Below, piece by piece: positions 45,825 through 59,435 of a stretch of DNA of 64,000 nt (its first letter is position 1; each line of letters starts with the position of its first letter). The notes under the pieces were generated by a model. The model was not told the DNA's origin, did not search any database, and saw nothing but the letters and a program-made list of their open reading frames with translations. Position numbers and translations under genes: made by a program. The stretch lies in assembly GCA_965644295.1 (NCBI GenBank), contig CBFFRP010000297.1, positions 62,001-126,000 on the forward strand. The letters are read 5' to 3'. This DNA is from Paraphysomonas bandaiensis (taxonomy: Eukaryota > Protista > Chrysophyceae).

Positions 45825-48800
45825 TGAACAATGGATCGAAGACTTTGAGACGTTCCTTATGAGAAAGGAGCAGAGTGAGGTGGCTCTAGAAAGGCCACCA
45901 GAGGAAGAGGATTTCGGAATTCAACCCCTGAATAGTCTTGAGACCAAGTCCTACAAAGAAGCGGTGGACAAGTATTGGAAGGCGAATGCAATTGCTTACT
46001 CATACTGCAGAGAGGCGGTGAAGCGATCTCCGAAGGCGCTGCAGAAGTTTCATCTGAAGCACAAGGAGTTCAAGGCAGCTGAAGGAAGAGTTAATAAGTT
46101 CAGCGCCAGAGAGATGGTTAGCACTCTTAAATCGTGTTTTGAAGGGGGAACACAAAACAAGATTAGTGCTCTGCTTGCTCAGTTTGGATCATTCGAGATG
46201 AAGCCAGGGGAGACCGCGAAAGAGTATGTACTGCGTTTTGAGCTGCTTCTTCGTGAACTTCAGGCGCATAACCAAACGGTAACGGAAGAATCAAAAATTA
46301 GTAGGCTGAAGGAGGGAATTATCAGTGATGAATATGACGGTTTGAATTATGCCCTGTATTTAATGCCCGATGATGTACCATATGAATTGCTATCCAAACG
46401 TATCGAACAGTTCGACGACACCAAGTATGGGAGGAAAATCATAGAGAAGAAGCGCAAGAGCACGGAGGAGCTGAATCATATTGAAAAGCCTCGAAAGAAA
46501 GAGAGAGTATCTACAAAGAGGAAGTGCACTTATTGCTCGAAGAAAGGTATAATACACAATCATAATACAGAACAATGTAGGAAGAAAAAGGGGGAAACGA
46601 AGGGACAAAGACCGGGCAGTAAGGAATATACAGGATGCAGAGTATGCAAATCCAAAAACCATCGCGCGAACGAATGTCCCCGAAATTCGACTGGAAAGAC
46701 CAAGAAACCCCAGAAATCTGGGAAGGTTTTCACATTCGAGAATATCCGCAGAGGAGGAACCGAGTCTGACTCGGAGTCCGAAGCGAATATGCTTTATGAC
46801 TGTGCTGTTGATATATATGATAAAAGTGACACATGTTGTATGATTGGTACTGCTGAACACTATACATACATAGATACATGCTGTTCATCATCAATGTTCT
46901 TAATGAATGATGTGACCATGCTTGACACTCATATGAATACATCAAAGGTGATAAACGGATCTAAGAAGGGATCAGAGATTCATATCACAAGTGTGGGTTC
47001 CCGTGGAGCATGGAGAGACATAGAAATTTCAGATCAGATCAATCGATGCCTGTGCTCCGGACGTAAGCTGAACGAAATGGGCTATCGATTCACGGTGTGG
47101 TATGGGATCCAAATTTATGACTGTAATACCGGTGAGCTGGTACTGGAGGGACCCATGAAGAATGGAATGACTGCAGTTCCAACTCAGCAGCTGTTGGAGC
47201 TTCCAGATGTGTCTACACCGAGTAATTGTGAAGTAAATCTTAGCGATAGGACTGGTGAGGACGAGCTGGAACTGCTGCATAGGAGAATGGGCCATTTCAA
47301 CAAAGGGGCTCTAACGGAGGCACATAGAAGGATGTTGTTCACTGGCTCAAATCTGCAGAGGAAGCACCTATCGAAGACTGCATTAAAAAAATCTTGTCTC
47401 TGTAGCATATGTGCCAGATCAAAGATTACGAGAGTTTCGTTTCACACAAAGGAGGATACGGATGTCAAGCCGGACATATCGGCTGATGTGCAAGTATTTC
47501 TGAATACTCCCGCTCGAGGTGATGAGCGCTACGTGATCAAACTAACTCATCACCCGAGTAGGATGTTCTGGGTAAAAGGCGTAAACCAGCGTACTAAAGA
47601 AGAAGTGATTCAGTTTTTTAGAGAGGTGTTCGAAGGAGAGATTAGGCAATATAAGCTGAGAGTGGACCACTACCACGCTGATGGAGCTGGAGAACTCATA
47701 AATCAAGAACTTAGGAGCTATTTGAGATCACAAGGCTGCTACAAACATACTTGGTCTTCAACAGATAGTCCGGAAATGAATGCAGTAGAGGAGCGAAAAT
47801 TCAGGACTGCATCAGAGATGGCGTTGGCGATGTTGTTGCAGTCAGGCCTACCGGTTCCATTCTGGTTAGACGCGTATCATGCTGCTCGCTATACACTGAT
47901 CAGACTCCCTACAAGGACGGACAGAGGATACATGTCCCCATATGAGTATGTCACGGGTCAGCCACCCAGTTTGAAATATTTTAGAGTATGGGGGTGCAAA
48001 ACTTATATATTGACACCTAAGGCGGATAGGCGAAAGGACTGGGACGATAAATCAAAGATTGGATACCTAGTGGGATATTCGGAAGATAAAGTTGGATACC
48101 AGGTGTATCTCCCAGCAACCGATAAGAATATTACGCAGAAATCGACGCTCTCCGAGTACGAACAGCACCTAGACCAAAGACGGTGAATGATTATCAGCAT
48201 CTCGTGAAGACTTTTCACATAGACGATGAAGACGGGCTGTTGTACAAGACCACCAGAGTGGTAGAAAGAAAGGGTGTCATTGTTGGTTATCGGTCACTTG
48301 TAACTGCGGGGAGAATCCACATTGAGCAGAAGGTACCCATACATATAGAAGATGTTCAGGTAATGACAAGGAATACGCCTGGATACACGGGATATACGGG
48401 AACGAGGGACGCCTCTAGTACCACTGATGGACGGAGTACGTCCACTATCCCAGCGCCTGAGAGCCATCAGGAGCAGCTAGTTAACCATGGTATTATTCAG
48501 GGAGCACCTGATGAAGATATGACTCAAGGAGTACTTGATGAAGATGCAGCTCAGGGAGTACCTGAATATACTGATACTATAAATTCTAACAGTACTAATA
48601 CCCTACAGAGAGTATCTAAAAGGGATGCAGAGAAACGTAAGCGTTTACGGAGGAGGCTAGCTAATGCTTCAGTGTTAGGAGAAATTAACATGATAGAGGT
48701 AATGGATGCCGATGTAAATGTCATGGATTCAGAGGAGAGTACTGAGAATGAACACGTCCATGAACCGAACAGTTTTCTAGAGGCGGAGAGGTCCCCTCAA

Positions 48801-50378
48801 GCGGACGAATGGAGAACAGCCAGACGAATAGAGAAGAAAGCTCTTTTACGAAGAGGCGTTTTGAAGATAGTACGTCGACCATCTGGGGTCAAATTAATCA
48901 GATGTAAGTATGTTCACAAACTCAAGCGTGACATACTAGGCAACATACAGAAGTATAAAGCTCGACTAGTCGCACTAGGAAATCTTCAGGAGAAAACTGA
49001 GGAGGAGCCATCTACATTTGCACCGGTCGTAAAAGGGATAACTATCAGGCTCGTGATTGCAATTGCTTTTATGTTCCATATGCATGTACACCAGCTTGAT
49101 GTCAGTTCTGCATTTTGTTATGCAAATTTAGATGAAGATGTCTACATGTACCCACCTCCAGATGAGGAGCTCAGCAATGGATGGTGCTTTAAACTCATCA
49201 AAGCACTATATGGTTTACGAGCCTCACCGCGTCAGTGGAATCGCCACATCGATAAATTCATAAAGTCAATGCAGTTTAGATCATGCGTGTTAGATACCTG
49301 CTTATATTATCGTTGGCACCAAGGCAAACTTACGTTATTACTCCTGTATGTAGATGACATCATTATCGCATCTGTGGATTTTGAATTCCTTGTTTTTGTC
49401 AAGAACAAGTTCTGCCAAACGTTTGAAATGAGGGACATGGGAGAGTGCCAAAGTTTCCTAAATATTCGAATCACGAGAGGCGAAGACTGGTTCAAACTAG
49501 ATCAATCGAAGTATGCGGAGAAAGTGATTCAGAAATTCAACCATGTCATGGGAAACAGTAGAAAGAATAAGGAAGCTCCGTTGCCATCAAATGCACAAGA
49601 ACTACTAGCTGCAGAACGGGAACTTACATCAGAACAGGAGGAATGGGTCTCAAAATTTCCGTATCGTAGTATTATTGGAGCAATCCTGTATCTCGCACTC
49701 CACACAAGACCAGATCTCGCCTATGCAATCGGACTACTATCGAGATACAGCAGTAATCCTACATACGCATCGTGTCGTTTAGCTATTCATTTATTGAAAT
49801 ATTTGAGAGGCACCACCAGCAAAGGAATCAAATTCAGTGGGAGTAAGTTTGATTTACATGTATTTAGTGATGCGGACTGGGCAGGTGATATACTAACGAG
49901 ACGTTCAACTACCGGTTATATTGTATTCTTATGTGCTGGAGCAATCGCATGGCAGTCCAAACTGCAGACTACAGTTGCAACTTCCAGTATGGAGTCCGAG
50001 TATATGGCAGAATATGCGGCCATGCAAGAACTGGTGTGGCTACGGGGGGTGTTACGAGAGCTAGGACTCGCATTGACGAAGCCAACCCCATTCTTCATGG
50101 ACAGCAAGAGTGCAAAAGATCTGTCAGAAAATCCAGTCTACCACAAAAGATCAAAACATATTCAGATAAAGTACCACTGGGTTCGGGAACACGTAAATGG
50201 AAGGTTTCCTACAGCCAGATTGATTCATGTATCGACTAAGGATATGGCGGCCGACATATTTACAAAAGCGTTATCTACAAAGCTCTTTAAACTCCATGAA
50301 GAAACTATCACAGGGGAAAAGAGGAGCATTTCAAATGAAGTTGAGAAGAATCAGAAGAAGCGGTTCAAGAAAGGTTAA
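45821..50378 (+). pseudogene. Copia-B gag-pol, 5'-truncated and frameshifted
   Basis: ORFs 45859-48186 and 48183-50378 are collinear with A. A ~55-nt deletion at ~48126 (lost VVTSVHVLTDESIPSRSE) shifts the frame. The PBS and first gag codons are absent. Confidence 0.92.
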
Positions 50379-51270
50379 GGGTGTGTTTTTAGTGGGTAAG
50401 AATCCCACATAACTGTGTTACAGCGAAGTGTGATGTTCACAGTATCTTTATGAAGATTTTCACATCCGTTTTATCCTAAGATGACTAGATGATATATATA
50501 GCTGCAGTATAACGACGATTACTCGTTTCTACATTGAGGAGGAGTGTTGGAATACGTATGGTTCTCTAAGATAGTACTGTAGAATACGTTAAATACAATG
50601 TGAAAAACAGTAATACGTAGTCAATAGTCAAAGGTGCTATATAGCTATAACTGTGAAACTGAAGTATTATATCATGACGATTCAAGATACGGAAGTTGAG
50701 CAGTGGTTGACATGAACGAAATAATTTATCATGTTGTTGACATGTGTTACATGACAACACACACAATTGTGTATACAATCATAATAAAGTAATCTATCTA
50801 GTTTGACTAACTTAAACTTCTCTTACAACGATCTTAATCATCTGAAAATGGTCATTAGTCAACAGTAGGATATGAGAATTTGTGCTGTTAGTTACATCTA
50901 CTGCTTGTTTGTACTGGTTTTCATCTAGCTACATATGTGGTGCAGATTTTAGACGCCTAATGCTAATAATAAGACAGTCATATAAGACTTTGATAACCTT
51001 ATGTTACATCGTAAACACTCCAATCCATAATCTTTTGGATTTAGAACTAAAAGAAGTGCATTTAGGACATGTAATAGCTAGTTGAACACCTAGATCGAAA
51101 TTACTCTCAGGGTAGAGTTAACTTTCAAGTATTTTCAATCAAATAGTGTACCTCATAACAAAAAAAATATTTCACACTATGAAAAATAATTGAGTAAAAA
51201 TCTAGTGAAACATAATTACATCGTAGATCATGAATATCCACAATAGTGCAGCCAGTGAAGAAAGCCATTA

Positions 51271-53775
51271 TTAGTCTCCGAAAACTTCCATCAGCACCTT
51301 GAACTACAATTGATTACAACATATTCCCTAAAAACAAGCTCATAAATACCTCAGGAAACCTTGATGCCATATGAGGAAGACGATGACAATAGGCCCTTAA
51401 AAAGAAAACAAAACTTATTCGGATATATGTAACACAGCAAGAACCCACCTGAATAGCACAGTGTCGATCTTGGATATAAAGAAAGTGTATTAAAAATAGC
51501 TTTGAAACTCAAATGTCAATACATACCAATTCTGTGCAAGAGGTTGACGCCACAACTTCTTTAAGAGAGGTCTACAAAATACTTAGTGTAACCAATTAAA
51601 AGGGTACTACTTACATCAACCGCTAAGGTCTCTTCCATCTTCAACAGCAATCTGCAGCTCATGCGAACAGCTTCTGTGAGTTGACTATTGATCAAGTGCT
51701 GAGCCCGACTAACTCGCCCACAGGGGGATGTTTCTTCAAGGACGTTTAAACATCTGAAGCACGTAATCACTATGACTGCAACAGCCTGAGAAGTATGAGG
51801 CATGATAATAATAGCAACCGCTTAGAGTATGTACCTCATTTGGGACAGAACTTCCTGTACATGACTGTGTACCACACAAAAAATCTAGAGCGCACATCCC
51901 ATGACTGTCGATTAGCGTAAAAAACACACCAAGGATTTGAACCAGCAGGTTGACAGAGTGCACAGAGAGAATTCTGGCGCGGCAAATAGACTCTAGCAAT
52001 GCCACCAAGGTAGGGCCGGTAGCTTTACCGGAGGTCATCGGCGTGCCCTTCGTGATGGCAAGAAATAACCTAAACTAGAGAGTCAAAAAATTAATTGGTC
52101 CTAACGACCATACCTCTTATCTGAAGCAAGCAACGCGCCAAAAGACCGTAGCACACGCGACTTATGAGCTGGAGAGAGCAGCTCGCAATCACATAGGAGA
52201 GCATCCGATAGAATACTAGTCTTAGGATCTGTTGTCAGAAGTTGCACAACACTGTGCAGACCCACTGAACCAAACGCTTGAGAAGAGTAACAATAAAATT
52301 GACAGAGCTGCAGCGTACCTTCACAGACACACGTAATTGTATCCGAAACAGCAGCCAATATTACTTTGTGCGACAACAACACTCCTGTGCGGTATGCATC
52401 AGCAAGAATATCTGCCATGTGTCGTACACAGATACGGTTAAGGCATTCCCACTGATACAACGAAGAATAGGTGAATGAAAAGGAGTCAACTCTGACACCA
52501 GCGTCGCCTCCACGCTTTCGTTTCCGACGTGATTGTAAATTTCCGACTTCGCAACTTTCCAGAAGTCGCAGCAGCCCAACCATTAGAAGCAGTCCCACCG
52601 CGAGGCTATCTAGCGTTCTGCTCTCAGTTGACAACTCAAGAAGAGAGCGGCATATATCGCAGAGATCAAGAACCAGACTTGCCAATAAATTTCTTGGCGG
52701 AGAGCAACGCTTTTCAACCTGAAATAGGTAAGGCATTAACAGTGTACCCTCTGTTACAATTGAACACCTCTCGCAGAGTTCCGACAAACCCAGTAAGAAG
52801 CCTACTGGTGGCCGCTACACCTTGTTCAAATGCATCCGAATGTCCATTCTCGATGGAGCGTGTACACGCCGGTCGACATACTGATTGGTCACCTACATAT
52901 TGTGACTACAAAACGACAGACTTTTATAAGGAAAGGAAAAACCTGCCGGTAAGAGGTAATACTTGTGCATTTGCGCACGCTGCTCTTTGACCAAATGGGC
53001 CCACTCAGCAGGTGGTGGTTGCTAACATTTGGAATTCAAAGAAACAGAATGAGAAATGTTGGTGTTGAAACATAGCTGTAACGGTATAACCTGGCGTCGT
53101 TGCGGCTGAGTAATTGTCGCACATGTATCCTCATCTCGATGCGACAATGCCGTCACAAGAGCACATAAATGGGGAACCATTTCAGTACACAAGTACATCA
53201 ACCGCCGGTCCGAGTCACGCGCAGATGATCGGGATAGATCTACCGGACCGGGAATAATATCCGTCTGCGTCTCGGAAGACCTGACATCCTTGACAACATG
53301 CCGCGACGAAGAATCCAGTGAGTCTTGTTTATCTTTAATTAAGGCACTGTGACTCTGGCGTATACTTTTCATTTCTCTCCGAATGTCCTTCAACTCTTCA
53401 TTCTGAGTGTCTTAAATATTCATGCTATACTGTGTGACAGTAAGACATACCTTCATATTTACAATAGATTTCAAGTGGTCCACTTCTTTCTCTGCTTTAT
53501 TCTTAGCTTCCACCTCAATAGCGATGATAGATGCCCTCATGTCAAATAGTTCATCCTCTGCCTAATAAATACACTGCATCATATATATATAATTGATTAG
53601 AGTACTGAGGAGATCTTACCTTTGTATGGAGGTGTTTCAAACGATCCCGCTCTTGAAGCAAAGAATTTACTGCCTGTAAAGCCTGTAATATAAGTCATAG
53701 TGAGATATATGTATGTAAACATAGTATCTTATATATAATATATATCTGTACCTCATCCAGAGTATTCAACTGCAT
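51271..53775 (-). CDS. Uncharacterised multi-exon protein, N-terminal coiled coil and helical C-terminus
   Basis: ATG 53775 (MQLNTLDE/ALQAVNSLLQERDRLK...), GT-AG exons, ORFs 53022-53393, 52101-52787, 51736-52038. The 3' end is uncertain. Confidence 0.6.
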
Positions 53776-54246
53776 TAAACACACAATACAGATCGAATCA
53801 ACTTGATTGATATGATATTAAGTGATATGATGTCTCTTCTATGTTTCTGTGATAGCTGCTATATATATCCAGTTCATAAGTGCGTGTCTCTCTATATATA
53901 CCTCAATACACACTCATTGAAGTCCTTCAGAGAAGTTTAAAATTAGAGGAGTTTGAAGTCTATCAATACTCGGTAGGGAGATATATACAGAGAAATACAC
54001 TCCTACCTCATACATACCTCATACCTCTATATGTATGTACTGTAGGTACGTATGTAGGCAGTATACAATGTGTATGTGTATGTATGTACTATAGGTAGGT
54101 AGGTACGTATGTACTGCAGTATGTGGATATGTGTTGCTTCCACAGCCATTGCACACAATTCTCACTCTTCCACACAAGATAAGTGGGTTGAGATATTATA
54201 AACTTACACTACTTCAGTTTTTCTAGCATATTTAATCGCTGAGGCA

Positions 54247-55343
54247 ATGGGTCAGAAACGCCGTCGTCCACTAAGAGAAAGCAAGGCTTCAAAGGGACCC
54301 AGGACTGATGACAGTCATATGGAGAGCTCAAGCTCAAAAATGAATGTGGAACACAGTAGTGATGAAAGTGGAAGTGAGAGTGACGGAGATATTGTATTGG
54401 ATGGTGAAATGGGAAGTGAGCAATTGTCTATGACGTTTGAGTTTAATGACATGCAAGACGAGTACGGCGATGGCGTCGCGAAGATGTTATCATTTTTGTT
54501 GCCTCATTCCCAAGCTCGGGAACTGGGAGAGTTTGTAGCGTGCCAAGGTGCTGACCATTCAATGATATGATATGTTTTTTGGTCACGCAGTTTATTCAGG
54601 TGAAGTTGGAACCGCTGTCGTTTGTGAAGAAGGGGACGACGTATTCGCCTATGCTACCGTAGTACCATTACCTAAACTGCAGGTATTGCAAGACGCAACA
54701 GCTATGTACTTTCACCTCGCTTGAACTTATTTTTTTATTCAAGTCTTCCTGCGAACCTATGGGCCGACTTCTGGAGGAGGTGCTGGGTGCGGTTAGTGGA
54801 CTAGGGTCAAGATGTGAGGGTGCAGATGAACTCATATCTTGTGTGTCTAGTACACGCTCCTCGCAGACTGGTATGCATCATATGTTTGTAAAGTTAGTAT
54901 CTTATATTGCGTTTGCAGGTGTTTACCTCCATGGTCGGTACCTGAATTTGCCACTGCAGTTGGTGGAGCCGCTTCACCAGAATCTGTATGATGACATTAA
55001 GTGGGCCGCGTCGGGTTCCACGACTACAACAAATGAAAGTACTGATACTGCTGATGCAGACGTCGCTGTCCCGTCTGGGGAATTCGCATCTATATCCATG
55101 TTACTAATGATTGTGGAGTGCTCGTTGGCGGATGCACAACAGATTAAGCAGGGATCATGTGTGAGTGTTACTGGCAGCAGCTCGTTGGTCTTCTCTAACT
55201 TTGAGGATGATATTTTCTTTGAAGAAGCTGTCTGTGCTGTACTAATGCGCCCCACAATGTCATCTAAACAAGTATGTGTCATGCTCATTCCTTTGGCGAG
55301 TATGCCCGGTTGTATAAGTAAAATAGGTTCCTTGGTACAGTAG
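54247..55343 (+). CDS. BCCIP: BCCIP/Bcp1 (p21-C-terminal-binding) family protein
   Basis: Acidic N-terminus, TFEFND, VGTAVVCEEGDDVFAYATV, GRYLNLPLQLVEPLHQNLYDDIKWA, FSNFEDDIF. Confidence 0.85.
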
Positions 55344-56026
55344 CCTGATAACGAATATTAATATTAAAGAGATGAATATTGTGAGATAAATTTCTACATT
55401 CCGGGGGGGCTTTTTTTTCAATCGAACTATTCCATTGATATCTACCAAGGCTGTGTATCTATTCATTGGAACACAAAGTGGCAGCCCTGACACCTACGGG
55501 ATTTCACGACGATCTAACTCAATCAGTACCCACAACCTAGTAGGGTAATGTACAGAACTGGTATTACTTGCGCTCAAAGGTTACAATAAAGCTCTCCTAA
55601 CAATAGGTTATGCATGCCTGATAAGATAATGTCATAGTAACAGCGTAACAGCTTGTTGCTAGAAGTACACTTTCTGATCTAGTAGTTGCTAGTAGTGCGG
55701 AATATCAGAGAACGTAATATGTAACAGATATATAATATATATACTGTCCTTATTCCTTTAAGTACTTGAACAAATTACAACCGCGTCTGGGTAAAAACTC
55801 ACTTTCAAAGCAATAATTGATTAAAAGTTATTGATCTTAGTACTAATAATTGCAATTATAATTGGCTATGTACAGCTTACAGCACCAACAGTGCGTTATG
55901 CATAGATGATGCATAGGTCTGATTACAGTTATATACAATAAAAATCCAAACATATATTAACAATAGGCTGTAAATAGCTTATGACAATAATCCTGAATTA
56001 ACAGCGTTTTCTAGGTGTGATTGTTC

Positions 56027-57495
56027 TTAGTTAGCTTCAAAGGGATCAAAATACTGCACCACTGCGTATTTTCCTGATACCATCCAATTGCTTTCTTTCT
56101 TTGCAACATCATCACTGATCTCAGCGGGTATTCCGCATGCCACCTCTGATTTCAAGGCCCGCAACGCACATAGTGGTGTATCGGAATAGCCTACAATTCT
56201 TGAGAATGGTGTGCAATATGGCCAGAGCCTGTCATCAAGAAGTCTGCGGTAATTAGCATCTCCCTAAATCAAGCTTGTTACTACAACATACCGACTTTCT
56301 GAAATTAAATACCTTGACAATTACAAGTTGACTACCGGAGAGAAGATCACGCACTCGTGGTGGCATATCTTTAAAGCCGGTCGGTTGACACCAAAAACCG
56401 TCTTCGGCGAACACAAACCGCCCTGCCAGTAGATGCTCCCTCCAGAGCTGTCCCATTGCATGTGCATGTTGTTGGGTATCCATCTCAGCAGAGGACCCAC
56501 ACAAGAGAGCAACTGTTTGTTCACAATCCTCCGAAGTGGCATCAGAGACAAATGTTGGGTGAGCTTTAGTTCGAAATATCACACGCGATGCCGCGCCTAC
56601 GGAAAGCAAAATATGACCTAAAAACAAGTCACTCAAAAGCTCACAGCCAGCGTTGTCGACTATAATATTGACGATGAGATCATCACCAGTATGATCATTC
56701 GGTATAGATCTAACTGCTAGATACTCAGTGACAGCTTCTAAATGGTTGTCCAGAATACTAGGCAGAGTCTCATAAACGCTACCCAATGCAAGTGAGAAAC
56801 TCGGATCATGTGCATGTGAAGAAGTTGGTGCAGTATCCATGTCTGCAGGCCAAAGACTCAGATCATTTCGATTTCCCCACAACGATGTTAATATCCCAAA
56901 AGAGATGCACTCCCGCACAGTAGCTGCTGATTGGGATGCAGTGGACCACACGTGCGCTAGGTTTTCAAAATCTCTCAAAGACGACGTCAATCCATTCAGT
57001 TTCTGTTGCTTGAAAGGGTCGAATGAAGTTGAAAAATAATCAACAGCATCCACTACTCGCCTGTAAAAATAAAATTCCGACACTATCCATGGTGCATCTA
57101 ACCAATTACGTTCTGTACAAGAAATATTATGAAGTATATCCTGCCACTCGTTGTGATCTACAGATGACTCTTCAAAACCACTGAGGGAACCTGCACTACC
57201 GCTCTCTAATGAACTCTTCAATACAGCCAATCTATCCAGATACTCTCGTTTCTCAGGCGCACGACTCTGGCATTCATGTACTATCCGAGGATATATTTCT
57301 ACTTAAATCTCAGCATATACCCCCACGATATGCCATGTTACTAACCTTCAATAATTCTTCTAGTCATAGTGTCATGAGCCCATGTTCCAGGCACATTAGA
57401 CTTGATCTTATCTGGTAATGTCATGTGTATTATGTACCAAGCCGTCGAGAATAATCTAAATAGTGCTTATCAGGCATATTGTTCCTGTAATCCAT
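56027..57495 (-). CDS. ARMT1: ARMT1/DUF89 damage-control metal-dependent phosphatase
   Basis: WLDAPWIVSEFYFYRR, DPFKQQK, SLWGNRNDLSL, IVDNAGCELLSDL, KAHPTFVSDAT, K/GDANYRRL, LRALKSE. The start is approximate. Confidence 0.88.
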
Positions 57496-58195
57496 ATAAG
57501 AGTGATACGACTCTGTACAAGTCGCTCGCAGGCATTTTTGGATGAAGGGACCAAAAAGGAATTCTTACAACTTTCGTTTTTACAAAATAGATTCTATATA
57601 CAAAAATGCATACGTCTATATGTACAAAAATCTCTGTTTGAGTAAAAATGACGTGTTGATATCAGACCTACTGGCTGTATCATATGTTAAGATATCCTAA
57701 GTGTTGTGGTGTTAACACCAGTCGTTTCTGGATAAGAGCTCATATGTAATGGTATCATAATTTGACTACCCACTGTTCATCACAATGACAACAGTAATTA
57801 CCCTAATGTGGAGCGGGGAAGGTAAATAAAGCAAGAGGAATATTGTCCTCCCTGGAGCGGCTATCAATGCGGAAAGGATTCACTGAATCCTCTAAGCTGA
57901 CAGCAAACTCTACAAAAATATACGCTCTGCTACTTCATGTACACAGTATACAGTACATGTACAGCGATACTCTGCTGTCGATTGGCATTTTTTGCTTATA
58001 TAGATTTTTCCAGGAGCATTAGTCTAAGAATATATACTCTGTATCTCTGTATTAGCAATATCACCAATTAAGTCCCAATATCTGGATGTTATGCATCTGC
58101 TGTAAGCAAGTGGCCCCACCCTCTTTCATTTCTTTGATTGGACTTGGACTTCTACCTCATGAGAGAAATGCAATAACAAATTATTCAATAGAAAT

Positions 58196-58571
58196 ATTAA
58201 AATATTTTTGCTCAATGAAGAAGATGATGATGACAATGAGGGCCTAGTTCAGAACGTCAACACAGCTCAACGTTTGATTGGCGGTAACAGGCAGCAGAAG
58301 TGAGCACGTCTTAACACCGCACCATGAAGCACTTGCATGCCACAGTCAATAAATTTGAAATATTATTTAGAATAGTTAAGATTGATATGACTCATTTGTG
58401 CAAGAGTATTACTCCTTCATATTTAGAATTGCTCATGTTTTAGCGCTTGAACCGTCGCCTTTGTAATTAAATGACAGTTGCGCGCAAGCTATATTGTCAG
58501 TTAGTGTAATTGCAACTATAATTGACTTAACACTCGACAATTAATTGACATTATATTGTTACGCATCCCTT
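58196..58571 (+). mobile_element. Older degenerate remnant of the same hAT family (3' part plus terminus)
   Basis: Its reverse complement matches 35855-36020 (ATGCAAGTGCTTCATG, GTTAAGACGTGCTC, CAATCAAACGTTG, GAGCAAAAATATTTTAAT). It ends in a decayed TIR CGCATCCCTT after AATTG-rich subterminal repeats. Confidence 0.75.
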
Positions 58572-58808
58572 GTAGTTTATATTTGGCTACAAGGAGTTTA
58601 CCTGTCAATTGGCAGATATGGGGTAAAGTAAAAATACCATTCATAGTAAAACGTAAACGCTAGTAACAAAAGTAGTTGTTTATTGTTAATTACTGGATAT
58701 ATAGGAGACCAACACTCAACACTATATTCCAAAACCAACTGACTTATGAATGATACTTCAAGAAAGTCAGAGTTTCGAATAGTTTTGTCAGTGAAACGAG
58801 GCCATGGA

Positions 58809-59435
58809 TTATGAGCTGTAATTGCTGAATTCATAACTCGTGGGTGCATGGGCGCCCCCGGAAGCCCGAAGCTTCTGGATGATGAGTTCCTCAGTCAATT
58901 CATCTGGGGACTCAATCTGATGGCATAATAATACGTTACTTTAGAAATAGACTAAGCTGTATATACGTACTTCAAAATCAATGTGCGCATCTATGACTTG
59001 TTTGATGGCACCCTTGTGTCCGCCAGCCCTGGCACGTTTCATGGTAGATACCCCTTCGACCGGAAGGTATTTAACAAAAATAAATTTTGGGCGGCGGGAT
59101 ATTGTGTTGCCACGGTCGTCCACACCTACCACTTTGAAAGCTCCCCACACGATATCATTTGAAGGAAGGTTACTGATGAACTCAGGCATGCCACCCTCTC
59201 CTTCGCTCACAAACTGCAGTCGGAATTAATAGATGTGACTGTTCTAATTATGTGCATACCTGCAGTTTGTTGCTACTTCCCTCAGGGTACCCACACATTA
59301 TCCAGCTGATGGGACATGTATCTGAGGTCAAACGGTTCCAGGCATTCGACACCTCGTCATCAATAGCAAGCTAGAAATAAAAAACAGATCAGAAATGCAA
59401 AATCAATTAAAATATAATACATTTCATACCGACAT
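58809..59435 (-). CDS. Coactosin-like ADF-H domain actin-binding protein (4 exons)
   Basis: SWIMCGY...GEGGMPEF...DDRGNTISRRPKFIFVKY...MKRARAGGHKG...KLRASGGA. Confidence 0.85.

Larger units (their letters stand above)
38575..50864 (+). mobile_element. Copia LTR retrotransposon B (defective; contains nested element A and a duplicated flank)
   Basis: 320-bp LTRs TGTTGG...TCAACA: 5' copy split 38575-38601 + 44062-44354, 3' copy 50545-50864. TSD GTAGG at 38570-38574 and 50865-50869. PPT GAGGAGGAG 50536-50544. Confidence 0.92.

Noticed and set aside
48183-48186. Programmed frameshift or two-ORF organisation in Copia-B
   Set aside because: Alignment to A shows a deletion of coding sequence at the break, not a slippery site.
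44057-52334. A single element with 1.77-kb LTRs
   Set aside because: The true LTR ends at CAACA followed by the GTAGG TSD. The rest of the repeat is intron-containing host gene, with no PBS or CA terminus at 45824/52334.
51271-53775. Assignment as RELCH/LisH-HEAT protein
   Set aside because: No LisH motif or recognisable signature; left as uncharacterised.
57780-57900. Purine-rich, moderately GC segment as U3 or another snRNA
   Set aside because: No U3 box A/B/C/D order or Sm site found.
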